Origin: Ginglymostoma cirratum
Taxonomy: Eukaryota
Direction of reading: 5' to 3'
DNA: 64,000 nt
NCBI GenBank assembly: GCA_024137785.1
Contig: JAHRHZ010000024.1
Span: 31,315,572-31,379,571 of the forward strand
In this document: positions 52,372 through 64,000 of the stretch, piece by piece
How the letters are laid out: each line of letters begins with the position of its first letter
Numbering within the stretch: the first letter of the stretch is position 1
The notes under the pieces: generated by a model
Database searches by the model: none
What the model was told of the DNA's origin: nothing
What the model saw: only the letters and a program-made list of their open reading frames with translations
Made by a program: the position numbers and the translations under genes

Positions 52372-53524
52372 TTGAAGGCACAAAGAAACATCTAATTCGA
52401 AAGTCTAATAGGGAAGGGTTGTAACCTCTACTTGATACACATGTGACATATGTAGAAGACCAAATGCTATGATCTTGTGCAGACTTTTTGTCTTGGTTAA
52501 ATGTAACTGAAAGATGAGCAATAATTCACTTTTTCATTAAGCATCTAAATGCTCTAGTGGTCATTAACTTAGAATAACAAGATTAAACACCAAGGCCAGG
52601 TCATTTCCTATTGAGTGTTTGGTCTGTGAGCAGAGAGTATCACTGACAGCAGAAGCTGTGTAGTTTGTCTGTACAGACACCCCGCATATGTGTAACATCT
52701 GGACAAGAAGCAACCTGAGATGGAGGGTGAGTGAGAGAAGATGAGAAACCTGTGAATCCTTGAGAAATCTTCCTAGTGATTTTGTGATTATTTCAAATAA
52801 CAAATAATTGAAATGTTTTGATCCAAAGTAATATTTTTGTTAGGGACATGCTTCTGTCTTATTGGGATGCTTTTGAACCATAAGGGGGAAAATTTTGTAC
52901 TGGATTCTGGCTGCAGTGCAATTCAAAAGCTTCTATGGTGTATAAATATAATGTATTATTGTAAAGCGTGAACTATCTTGAGCCTATGACCATCATTCTT
53001 ACCTACACTGACTCAAAGTTCTTATCATCTTATCATCCCTTCATCTGTTTTGTCCCCTTGAATACCTCTGGGTTGTCCAACACCAAGGATTTGAACCTCC
53101 TTGATAATGTCCTGAGAAGAACAAAGGCTTCATCTTGGCCCCTCTACCCTCTGACTACTGATTGCATCTCTCTACCTGATCATACTGGGTTAAACTTAAC
53201 TGTTTTCATGTCAGATTTAACTATAATCAACCATCAAGATCACATTCATTTAGCCCTATAGTGTTGCCGCCTTCCTGGGTTTAGTTCAACCTCTCTGTAA
53301 CAGAGTTTCTTAGGCATTTCTTAGTAGTTCAGATACTCTGTGTTCTTGTCGTGTCCCAATGTTAACTCTCCACACCATCACCTTCTCTAAAACTCTGCTG
53401 TCACAATGCCCTGCATTAATTGCTGTTCATCCATCATCATGTCCTCAATCTTTATTTTTTTCTTTAATCCTCCCTCAGCATTAATTTAAAATCCCTTTTG
53501 TCTAGCCCTGTCTCTACAGTATTG

Positions 53525-53960
53525 ACCATGAGAGCAAGGAATTTGGGCCTTGAGCCTGACCCCCAATTGAATAAGAACACAACTAATCTGTTTGTGGCCT
53601 CAACTCCACATTCCCATCCAATCCTGATTATCTGAGATTCATAACTAACAAGGAAGCCAGTGGACCTCTGACTTAAAAAAATTTTTCAATAACCTGTACC
53701 TCTCTGGGGAAGAGACACCTAAAGACAAAAAACCCTCACAGAAAAAAAATTCTCATCTCCAGATTAAATGGGAGATGCCTTCATTTATAAACTGGGCATC
53801 TAGTTGCAGACTCTGCCGCAAAAGGAAACACTATTTCTGCATCCAAACAACCAAGAATTCTTCAAGATCTTATATGTTTCAATAAGTCATCTCTCATTCT
53901 TCTAAGCTCCAGTGTATACTGGTCCAACCTTTCCTCATAAGATAACCACCTCCATCACAG
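53525..53960 (-). mobile_element. Old CR1 3' end
   Basis: Similar to 2242-2625 and 11645-12000. Confidence 0.65.
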
Positions 53961-54124
53961 GCTGGGATCAGTATAGCTTTGTCGATGCTGTTTTCTTTGA
54001 TCAGGCTTTGTGTGCATGCCAGCTCCCTTTATTTTTGTCATTAGCAACAGAGTCTTCGCTGCTCTTGGTCTTGATGCTCAAACCCTTTCTCTAAACATCT
54101 CCAGTTCTGTGACAGTCTTCTTAA

Positions 54125-54347
54125 GGATAAAGATGGCAGATTTCCTTCCCTAAAGGACATTTTTGGAAAAGATGGGTTTTTTTGATGATTGAGAATGGTC
54201 ACCATTAACTGAGACTAGCTTTCAGTTCTGGATTTTGTTAATTGAATTTAAACTCTGCCAGCTGCTGTGGTGGGATTTGAACCCCTGTTACCCTGCGTAT
54301 CTGGATTGGCAGTCTAGTGACATTACCACCACATCACCATCTCCTCT
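54125..54347 (-). mobile_element. 5' part of SINE family S or of the SINE-headed LINE
   Basis: The minus strand has B-box GGTTCAAATCCC and gtcctttagggaaggaaatctgccatc. Confidence 0.8.
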
Positions 54348-54539
54348 CAAAGTATGGTGATCAAATTGAAACCTGCAAAAGTCAATTACTATCAAATTAT
54401 TTTCTACATCTTTGTTCTACGGACTACTTCCTAAACTCTGAAGTAAGAAAAAGCTAGCTCCTCCAAAGAGACAGTACATGGGCCAAGGGACAAATGTCCA
54501 CTTTCTGTGAGTGTCATATCACTCTTTTAACTTGTGTTT

Positions 54540-55110
54540 GTTTTGTACCATTCACAACTTCATGGCATCCCAACATGTTTCACAGTCAATGAACCACTTC
54601 TCAAGTGAGGTCTCTGTTTGTAGTATAGGAAGGGCAGCAGCTGGTTTGTGTACAAACAACAATACAAATAACCAGAAAATCAGGTTTGGTTAGAGACAAA
54701 AAAACTGCAGATGCTGGAATCCAAGATAGACAAAGTGATCCTGAAGAAAGGTAATATCCGAAACGTTGACTTCTCCTTTCCTCCAGATGCAGCCTACTTT
54801 GCTGTGTTCTTCCAGCTTCCTGTTTGTCTAAATCAGTTTTAGTTGTTGGCTGCGAGATCAACTTTGGAAAGATAACAGGAAGAACTTCCCTGCTGTACGA
54901 AACAATGCCATTGAATCTTTAATATCTGCCAGCACAGCAACATTGGGTCACAATTTAACATTTCATCTGCAAGACGGCACCTCTGGCAGGACATACTCCT
55001 CCAGTACTACATTGGATTGTCTGTTGAATTTTGTGTTCACGTCTGGTGTAAGGCTTGAATTTATGACCTGCTAATTTGGAGTTATCCGTACTACCAACTG
55101 ATCACAGCTA
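54540..55110 (-). mobile_element. DeuSINE (SacSINE1/AmnSINE1-like) interrupted by a fold-back Penelope-like repeat at ~54692-54830
   Basis: The minus strand reads gtagtactggaggagt...gaggtgccgtcttgcagatgaaatgttaaa, resembling the recalled Deu domain; a tRNA-like head is near 55050-55110. Confidence 0.65.
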
Positions 55111-55189
55111 GCATCTTAAAATGCCAACAAAATGATAATGCTGCAGATACACTGCCAAGTGATGGACGTGATCACTTTGTTTGTAAATT

Positions 55190-57320
55190 AGAAGAACAAT
55201 GTGCAGGTATAGACCATTCAGCCCCCTTGGGCCTGCTCTACTATTCCATAAGATCATGGCTGATCTGCTGTAGCCTCAACCATACTTTCCTATCTGTTCT
55301 CAATAACCCTTGACATTCCTGTCGATCAAAAATCAATTGAACCCATTGATCGAATCAATCTAACTTGAATATCACAGCCACCACAAGCCTGTGTGACAAA
55401 GAATTTCACATAGACCCCCTGAAGAAAGGAAATTCTCTTCAGCTCTACTTTAGATGGGAGGTCCAAAATCTTTGAATTGTGTTCCTTAACTCTGATTTCT
55501 CTCTCAAGGGGAATTCCCTCTCTGCATCAACCCTGACAAGTCCCCACAAATCATCAATCTTTCAATAAGATGACCTCTCATTCTTCTAAACTCCCATCGG
55601 TATAGGCCCAGCCTGCTCAACTGTTCCCCAGAAAATAATCCCTTCATCCCAAGAATCAGTTGATCTTAATCTTTTCTCAAGTGCATCTTATGCAATTATG
55701 TTGTTTCTCAAGTAAACAGACCAAAACTCTGCACAGTAATGTACTAGTGGTCTCACTAACATCTTTTAAATCTGTAGCAACGCGTCTTTCCGTCTTTTAT
55801 ATTCATTCCCCTTGCAATAAATGCCAACATACCATTTACCTTCCTTATCATTTGCTGCAACTTCAGACTAACATTGTGTGGCTTATGTAGCAGGGCTGCC
55901 AGATCCCTCAGTATTGCTAAGTATTTCAATCTCTCTCCATTTAAATAATAGGCTGCTATTCTATTCAACCTGCCAAAATGGACAAATGGTTCTCATTTTC
56001 CCACTTTAACTACCAAACTATATGTGACTCAATTAACTTATTTAAATCCATTTTTTAGAATCTGTTCTTTGACAAAGTACTTGCCTAATAATCTCTACGT
56101 TACTTACAAATGTAGCAAAAGTATGTTTAGTCCCGAAAATTTTGGCATTACTGCAAATACTTGAGAGGCAGTACTGATCCCTGTGGCACCCCATTGGTAA
56201 CAACTTGCACATCCATAAATGACCCATTTATTCCTGCTCTCTGTTTACTATTGGCTAACCAGTCCTGCATCCATGAACATTTCTATAATAAACTTTGATG
56301 TGGCACTATATCGAATGCCTTTTGGAAATTCAAGTACAACATATTTACAGGTTCCCCTTTATTCACTTTGCATGTTTCTTCCTCAAATAACTCCAATGAA
56401 TTAATCCGTAAATACTTCCCTTTTACAAATCCCTGTTGAATCTGCCTGCCACTTTAATAATGGATTGTAACATTTTCCTTATGATAGATGTTGGGCTAAC
56501 TGGCTTTAGTTTCCTGCTTTCGGTTTCCTTTTATCGAATAGAGATATTATATTTTCAATTTTCCGATCCTCTTGATCTTTCAAGAATCTTGGGAATTTCA
56601 GAATATCGCAATCACGCATCTATTATTTCTAAAGTTACTTCTTTTAAGAGCTTAAGCTGTAGGCCATCGGGTGTAGAAGAGTTATCAGCCTTTAATTCTC
56701 ATATTCCCCCTGCCTTATACCTCATGATTTTCAAGTATTCCTGAAATGCTTTTGTCATTTCTAAATGAAGATGGACATACACTATCTGTTCAAAGTTTCT
56801 ATTGGTTTATTGGTTCCCCAGCTTCACTCTTCAAAGGACCAATGCTCATTTTAATCATTATTTTCCTTTTAAAATACTTGAGAAACTCGTACTATTCTAG
56901 CAAGGTTTTTCTCATTATCAATTTTTTCTTTTTGGCAAGTATTTTGTTAGTTTCTAAAATCTCACAGTATTTTATGTTTTTTCTTTAATTTGATATTACC
57001 CTTAACTTCTTCAGTTATTAGGACACTGATCATGGAGTCATTTTTACCAAATGGAATATATCTTTGTTGAGTTTTAAAATATAACTTCAAAATGTCTGTC
57101 GGTGCTTCTCTATGGTCCTATCTTTTAACCTATGTTCCCAGTTCACTTTAGCCAACTCTAACTTTATAATCTTATAATTACTGTACCTTTACCTAAGTTT
57201 AATACTTTAGTCTTAGACTCACATTTCTCTTCTTCAATTGAATTTCATATTTGATCTTGGTATGATTACTATTGAGTAGAATTTCCTTTGCTTGAAGCCC
57301 TGAATTAATTCTGTCTCATT
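55190..57320 (-). mobile_element. Decayed CR1 LINE (~2.1 kb)
   Basis: YYLNGERL...RDLAALLH...QQMIRKVNGMLAFIARG; VPQGSVL-type DNA near 56170; 3' UTR near 55200. Confidence 0.85.
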
Positions 57321-57874
57321 GTTTGCTTCCTGGTTGACATTGGTGCCCAAGCATGAGGAAAAAATAAAATCAGCAAGTTCTGAGAATTGTCAGCAGTCGG
57401 GCAAAATCTCCAGAGAGAGAGAAATAACATTAGTGTTTCTGTTTGATAAGTGACCTCAACATGAACTCAGTTTTTCACTCCTCAGATGCTGACAGATCTA
57501 CTGAGCATTTTCAGTATTTTGTTTTTATCTTGAGCTCCAACCTTGACAATATTCTTCATTTGCATAATTTTCTTTTCAAATCAAGGTATAAAATGGCAAA
57601 TTTAAATGGAATCAAAAGTTGAATTACTTTGAACCTCGTATTTCAACTTGTTTTCTTCCCATTCTTCATCATTATGAACACTGTGGATGTTCATCTAGTT
57701 ATCTATGAAATGTTATGCATACCTAGCATCATTATTACATGTAGAGGTGTGAGACAATTGAAGTTTTAGTACTACTGTGTGGAAAATTAACTCATTGAGT
57801 AGTTGCATATAAGAAGAACGTAATTTCATCTGAAAAGTTACTGATATTTCCTTTTTTTAAATATTATGTTGCAG

Positions 57875-58161
57875 ATAAATGAGTTGGTGGATGCCCGTGA
57901 TTTGGTAATCGGAGCCTGGTTTGAAGCTCACATTGTAAATATCACACGAAACACAAAGGGACAGAAAAATAGTGCATCAAAAAACGATGCCAATGGAAAT
58001 GAAAGGACAAGAGCACATGTTCAAAATGTTAAAGATCTCTCGGACCAAGATCAGTCACAGCACTGTAGTGGGACTACATCAAATAATTTGGACTGTACAC
58101 CATCTACTTCCAATGTGGATTCTGCAGATGATGACATTGTGTATCATATCAAGTATGATGA
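57875..58161 (+). CDS. UHRF2: UHRF2-like coding exon (N-terminal tandem Tudor domain), phase 0/2
   Basis: INELVDARDLVIGAWFEAHIVNITR...LDCTPSTSNVDSADDDIVYHIKYDE. AHI, the long insert and PSTSN/YDE fit UHRF2 better than UHRF1. Donor GA|GTAAGT. Confidence 0.92.
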
Positions 58162-58399
58162 GTAAGTCTAGTTCCCACTGCTCCAAGATACATACAAATA
58201 TTTTAGCATAACAAATTGGCTACTTTGTTCAGATAATTATATATGTATGAAAACTTTGAAAAAACTGTACATTAGAATGTCATTGAAGTAAAAGTTTAGC
58301 AGTAAATATGATGTCTATAATGCCATTACCTTTTTGGTTTTTTTTTACAGTCTACACTACCTCTTATGTAACTGTCTATTTTCTGTTTTGCACAAGAAG

Positions 58400-58850
58400 A
58401 GGTATTAAAGGTTATGAATTGGAACACAAAGGAAGATGCTGGGCAAGTTATCAGTCGAAGGCAACATTTTTCATATCTAAAACTTGCTACTGGTTTGCAC
58501 CTTCATAAAGCTTAGGCTTGTCTCTAACTGGAGTATTGTGGCCTTTTCTGGACCCCGTTTTAATGCAGAAAGTGATGGCATTAGAAAGGGTGCAAAAATG
58601 GATTGAGTGTGGTTCTAGGGATGATGAACTTCAGTTTATGGATAAGTTGAGAAGCGTGGGTTGTTTTCCTTGGAGAAGAATAGATTGAGAGGATGTTTGA
58701 TGGGTACTTCAAAATCATGAAATGTGTAGATAGAGTATGTAGAGAAACTGGGCGACAGGTTCAAGAGCGAGAAGAGGCCTGGTTAAAGTAATAGATAAAA
58801 GGACCAAAGGTTAGGATTTGGAATGCCCTCCCTGAGAGTGTTTTGGACAC
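58400..58850 (+). mobile_element. Old CR1 3' fragment
   Basis: ctggagtattgtg...ttctggacccc, ttagaaagggtgcaaaa and tttggaatgccctccctgag. Confidence 0.7.
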
Positions 58851-59164
58851 AGATGAGATGGGGAAGTTCCATATAGAAACACATCTTTAAGTTAGATAGA
58901 AATGATAATTATGGTGCAAAATGATAAGGGGGACGAGGAAAACTTGGAACATAACTTTTCTTAAAAAACGGAAAAGATCTTGGCAAGAAATTCGAGTTGA
59001 TCAGTGGGGCAAACTGGGCACTGTTGACTAGGCTGCCCTTTATATGTAGTATGTAAGTTCCATTGCAATCATGGCAGTTAAATGTCAGGCGCTGTGCAGA
59101 GTGGAATGGCCAGTCCAACGTTGTCCTTTTGTGCCACTGACCTAAGTGTATTTCCCAACATAAT

Positions 59165-59640
59165 GAAAACAAAGAAAATACAACAACAACAAAAACGGAA
59201 ATTTCTGGAAAAGTTCAGCTGGTCCGGCAGCATCTGTGAAAAAAAAATCAGAGTTAACGTTTCGGGTCCGGTGACCTGAGTTCTCAGGACGGGTCACCGG
59301 ACCCAAAATGTTAACTCTGATGTTTTCTTCACAGATGCTGCCAGACCTGCTGAGCTTTTCCACCAACTTCTGTTTTTGTTCCTGATTTACAGCATCTGCA
59401 GTTCTTTCGGTTTTCAATTAAAACAGAGAAAATGCTGGAGAAACTCTGGTCAGATCTGGCAGTATCTGTGGAGAAAGAGACTGTGATCATGTCTCAAGTC
59501 CAATGTGGCCCTTTCCCAGAACTATGAAGAAGAAAAGTCAGTTGGATTCAAAATGTTATCTCTGTTTCTGTCTGTACAGAGAATTTCTCCAGCACTTTCT
59601 GTCGTTTATTTCAGATATTCAGCATTTCCAAATTTCATTT
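59165..59640. mobile_element. Two adjacent fold-back Penelope-like repeats (family B 59165-59416; older copy 59420-59640)
   Basis: Long inverted arms centred at ~59280: gagttaacgtttcgggtccggtgacc / gggtcaccggacccaaaatgttaactc. Confidence 0.8.
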
Positions 59641-60016
59641 GAATTTCTAGCCATGTGTATATGGAGCATCTTTGTTCTGTTGATTTCATATGTTTCTGTG
59701 GAGCAAAGTGAAAACCCCTTAAGAAACGAAAGTCCTACTACCCGAATCAGCTGTTAATTTTCCCCAGGTGTTTTTTGATTTATACATTTCCAGGCTTTTG
59801 TTTTGTCTTAGCTGAGTGCAGTCTTAGCTGAACAGCATGCAGGAGCTGAATTTTACCGAGATTTAAGTGAGGGTATGGCAAATAACACACAGAATTTTGA
59901 ATTATTAACTGAAGTTAAGTGGGAAATGATTAGCAATCGAAATGTTGCCTTTTTAATGTGTTGTAATTTCATGTCACAATACTGAAGCTTTTCAAATGAT
60001 GGGATATAAGTCACTC

Positions 60017-60300
60017 AGAGATAGCAAGAACTGCAAATGGTGGAATCAGAGACAACACATCGTGGAGCTGGAGGAACACAGCAGGCCAGGCAGCATCAGA
60101 GGAGCAGGAAAGGGAAGTTTTGGGTCAGGACCCTTCTTCAGAAATGGGGAGGAGGAAGGGAGCTGCGTAATAAATAGAGAGGAGAGGTGGAGCCGGGGAA
60201 GGTAGTGGGTTGGTGATAGGTGAGTGCAGGTAGGAAGTGGTGGGGATTGGTCAGTGGGATGGGCAGGGTGGGTAGGTGGGAGAGAAGATGGACAGGTTTT
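60017..60300 (-). mobile_element. Penelope-like family A (long form)
   Basis: Reverse-complement homologue of 9350-9580. Confidence 0.75.
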
Positions 60301-61222
60301 CAAATGATGGTACTGTTTGTGAAAGGTGTGAAGGACGAAGTGATTGAGTATTGTGAAATTGATATTTGTGTTTTTGGTCTACTGCTGCCATTTAGCTGTG
60401 GGCATGTTGCAGCTCTGTAGCTGGCAACTGCAGGAAATGCATCACTGTTCTATTAAGTATTCCTAAATGCCATGCAGACATTTATATCAAGCCAGGACTA
60501 TAACTTGTGCCCTACTTTCTAGTATTGCAGCATTCAGTTTCTTTTATTTGCTCGGAAGCAAGTTGTCTTGTTTTGCACCAAAACACAGTTGTTAAAAGTA
60601 TGCGTGTTTGGTAGTAAGTTGACTGAATTTAAAATTGATCTTGTGCTTAAAAACAAAACAAGCAGTTGACTGGAATAATTAAAATTTCCTTTGCACTTGT
60701 ATTTATTTCCATTTTAAAGTAATATAATCTTTTTCTGAAAGAAATGGTCTTTCCTCACTTCTTGCAACTCAAGGTGCTCACTCAGGTGTCTGGATGTGAA
60801 GTCATTGAGCAACTTTTGCTATCTCTCTCAAATTGTCCCATTTATTTTTCAGACGTTAGGTGTTCACCTGGTGGAACAATGCAGGAAACTAGTTTACATA
60901 CGTAAATGGAAGTTTTCACCAAAGTTGGCTGATTTATCAGGAGAACCCCTAAAGAAATTCCTGACAATCATGTCAGCCATCTTATTCAACAACAGTGTGA
61001 AATTGTAGCTGAGCCTGGTCCTTGGGCTTAAGCAGCAACTGTACTCATGCGCTTTCAATTATGATTGGAAATATTGGAACATTCTTCTCAGACTGTCCTC
61101 AGGGACTTGTGACTAGCTCAACCATTACTGTGGTTGCGATTGTCTAATTCTGCAAATTGAACCTTGAACTAAACTTGCCTGGTTTTTGATGTTTTGTCTT
61201 GGTCAGCGCAGAGAAACAAATA

Positions 61223-61348
61223 TGATGAAGGGTTTAGGCCCGAAACGTCAAGTTTTCCTGCTCCTATGATGCTGCTTGACCTGCTGTGTTCATCCAGCCC
61301 CATGCTTGTTGTCTCGGATTCTCCAGCATCTGCAGTACCTTTTATCTC
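61223..61348 (+). mobile_element. Penelope-like family A copy
   Basis: 125/126 identical to 21-146. Confidence 0.8.
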
Positions 61349-63699
61349 TGATACATGTTTTATTGAGCCAGGTTCAGTCATATGATATTGCATTCCAGTC
61401 TTGTGAAATAATCTCATCCTGTTTTTTTTAATATCTATTAGTTTAACAATGGTTTTCTCAACTAACTTTGACTCTGGGAACTATAACTGTTTGATCTACC
61501 TTCAATATGTCAGTGTCAGCCTCACTGTATGTTTGGCCAAAATAATCTGTTTCTGATTCAGGTTTGGAAGTGTCGAGTAACCTTCCTGAACCAAATTTTA
61601 GGTATTCGTTATTGCACATCAGTAACTCTGCTTCAGCTGTATATATCAAATACCTTGAGTGGAAAACCAGTTAAAAACTGTTCGGTTAACCACCTTATGC
61701 CTGTGCTTGAATGCACAAGTTTGAGAGATCTATGGTGCATGCAAGACTATTGTACTTCTGGTGCACTAGTACTTTGTACTTCTGATCTGCAAGTCCATCG
61801 CTGTGCTGGACTCTTCAAATCAAACTACCAAGAAATTTATACGGGCAGTTTCTGTCTTGATTCTATGGAGTGTACACTCAGTGCATCTGTTTACAAGAGT
61901 CTAATTTGGTGAACTTCGTATGAGTACCTGAATACTACTGGAGTACAATACTTGTAAAACATGCAATCCACCACTAGCTAGTTACTGCAAGCTTTGCATT
62001 GTTTGCATAGCTTTGACCATAACCCACTGGAATTATCTGTTGTTAAAGAAAAAAAGAATCCAAGCCCCTGTTGATCCTCTCAGGTCCCATCACCAGTCAG
62101 ACCTGTAGGTTGGCAACACCATGGAATATAACAGCTGTCTTGGGCCCAATTCCAATAACTGAATATTACCATAAAGATATAACAACAGAAAATGCTGGAA
62201 TAACTCAATAGATGCTGTGGTATTTGTGGGGAGTAAAACAGCTAATATGTCAGGTCTGTAACCTTTCATCACGACTACCTGTTGAAAGATCACAGATGTG
62301 TAACATTGGGCTAGATTTTAAGGAAATCGGGAGACTCTGTGGAAGTCAAAAAATGGCAAGTGGGATCCAATGCTGCATCTCCTTCCCACATCTGGCACAC
62401 CAATGTCCACCAGTGTAGGTTAGAAATGTGGACCATGATCCTGCATGCCCCAGTCCCAACTTGGCTGGCTCTACTGTGATGACAGGCATCTCATAGAGCC
62501 CTACAGTTTTCATGGAGCCACACCAGCTTTTAAAAGACTCTTGTTTCCCAGCACTTTGGCAATATTGTGACCATTGATTAGATGAAAGAACCTTAAGAAA
62601 GGAAAGGTGCAGAAAGCTATCTACACATTTGGTTTGATGCACATGCGCAAATGACCATGGGACACCAGTCTCCAATAACGGTGTCTCTGTCATGCCATTA
62701 TGCTTCTGTGCCTGTGCGGATGAGGTCTTGACGTTTAGGTGAGGGGATGATCCATCATCATTCTATCGGGAGGCTGCGCTCCAATCAAGGCCTTTGGAGC
62801 TGGAAAATTGTATTCACATATTTTATGTTTGCTTTCACAAACAACTTCATTTACGACCATGTCTCAACTAATATGGGTATCAATCTCCCAATAAGGTATG
62901 GAATGTCTGATTTAAGACTCTCAGCTCACTGATTTGCATTTGCAATCAAAAATCTAACTGAACAAATATTGATTCTAATTGAAAATCTGAATCTCGCAGA
63001 CAGAAACACTTACATTGCCATGGAAGTTCCAGATTTTGCTTACATCTTTATGATGAGCAGTGGCATCACACTGCAACACTCCATTTCTATGCAGGCATGC
63101 TCATTGCTGCACCTAACCCGTAAATGCGGCTGCTGAGAAATTATACTTCCGTTTTGAAAACCTGTAGCATCAGTGGAAATTTTGAACAATTGTAGGCCCA
63201 TACACATTGACCATAATAGATTGATTTGTGTCTCAGTTTTTTCAATTAAATGAAAAACAAAGTACAATAACTTTGAGATCTCTAGAATTTTGGTTTCTTT
63301 TTTACTAAGAGGGTACAGTGTGCATGATCATCAAACTGACATGCACTGCATCCGTCATCTGCAATTGTTCGCTCTCTTTTTGGAGCTGAGTATTTACAAT
63401 TTTCTCGATGTCTGTCTCTGAACCAAAATGTTCCAGTCTCTAAAATTGGATAAGATGGGGCCTGATGTTCAAAGTCTGCTGCTGGCCCATTCCATGAAAA
63501 TGGTGGTTGGAATGCTGCTCCACAAGGTTTGCAGCAGTGCGGTCTCCCATGGGCAAGTTGAGGCTTTCTGATGGGACTGATCCCGATGTTGTGAATGGGT
63601 AACCCTTGGGGTGTGTGTACAGAATTGTGTTGCACTTAATTTTGGACCCCTGTATGCATTAAATTTGGAGATCTGTTCTAAGTGAGTGCATTACATTTT

Positions 63700-63895
63700 G
63701 AAATGCTCAGCAGCTCTGGCAGCATCTGTGGAGAGAGAGAGAGACAAAACTTAACATTCCAGGTCTATGACCAGTTCTCACAAAATGTCATTGAACTATG
63801 GAATTCACTGTTTTTTCCCTCCGCAGCAGCTGCCTGTCCTGCTGAGTATTTCCAGCACCTACTGTTATTTCAGATTTAAACTATCTGCAGCACTT
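63700..63895. mobile_element. Old fold-back Penelope-like repeat
   Basis: gctcagcagctctggcagcatctgtggagag... / ...ctgcctgtcctgctgagtatttccagca. Confidence 0.6.
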
Positions 63896-64000
63896 CACTT
63901 GGTTGGTTTGCTTAACTGATAAATGTACAAATTCAGAGAACAAATTGCACATCAACCGCTTTGGAACTTCTGGAGGCCATTTTCTTTGCCTTGTAGAAGA

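Larger units (their letters stand above)
5076..57874 (+). other. 52,799-bp intron with GC donor (GC-AG)
   Basis: The peptide continues in frame across the gap, ...GLYK|INELVDARD..., as in UHRF1/2 (GxYK-VNExVDARD). Donor GCAAGT at 5076; acceptor ttatgttgcag ends at 57874. Confidence 0.85.

Overview
Vertebrate genomic DNA, almost certainly from a cartilaginous fish. This is inferred from the repeat content: HE1-like V-SINEs, HER1/CR1 LINEs, DeuSINEs and Penelope-like terminal repeats. The window lies inside a + strand UHRF-family gene, best matching UHRF2. Only two coding exons are present: 4821-5075 (end of the UBL domain plus linker) and 57875-58161 (start of the tandem Tudor domain). They are separated by a ~52.8-kb intron with a GC donor. 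Nearly all other ORFs in the track are transposon fragments or chance ORFs. The most interesting element is at 49253-52371, a ~3.1-kb decayed non-LTR retrotransposon with a single APE+RT ORF and no ORF1. Its 5' end is a tRNA-type (Pol III A/B-box) SINE head, and SINEs elsewhere in the window look like its internal-deletion derivatives. Also present are many short Penelope-like repeats with minimal hammerhead-ribozyme cores, often folded back into palindromes, and a relic Harbinger-type Myb/SANT gene. Family names come from recalled motifs, not from database searches, and repeat boundaries are approximate.
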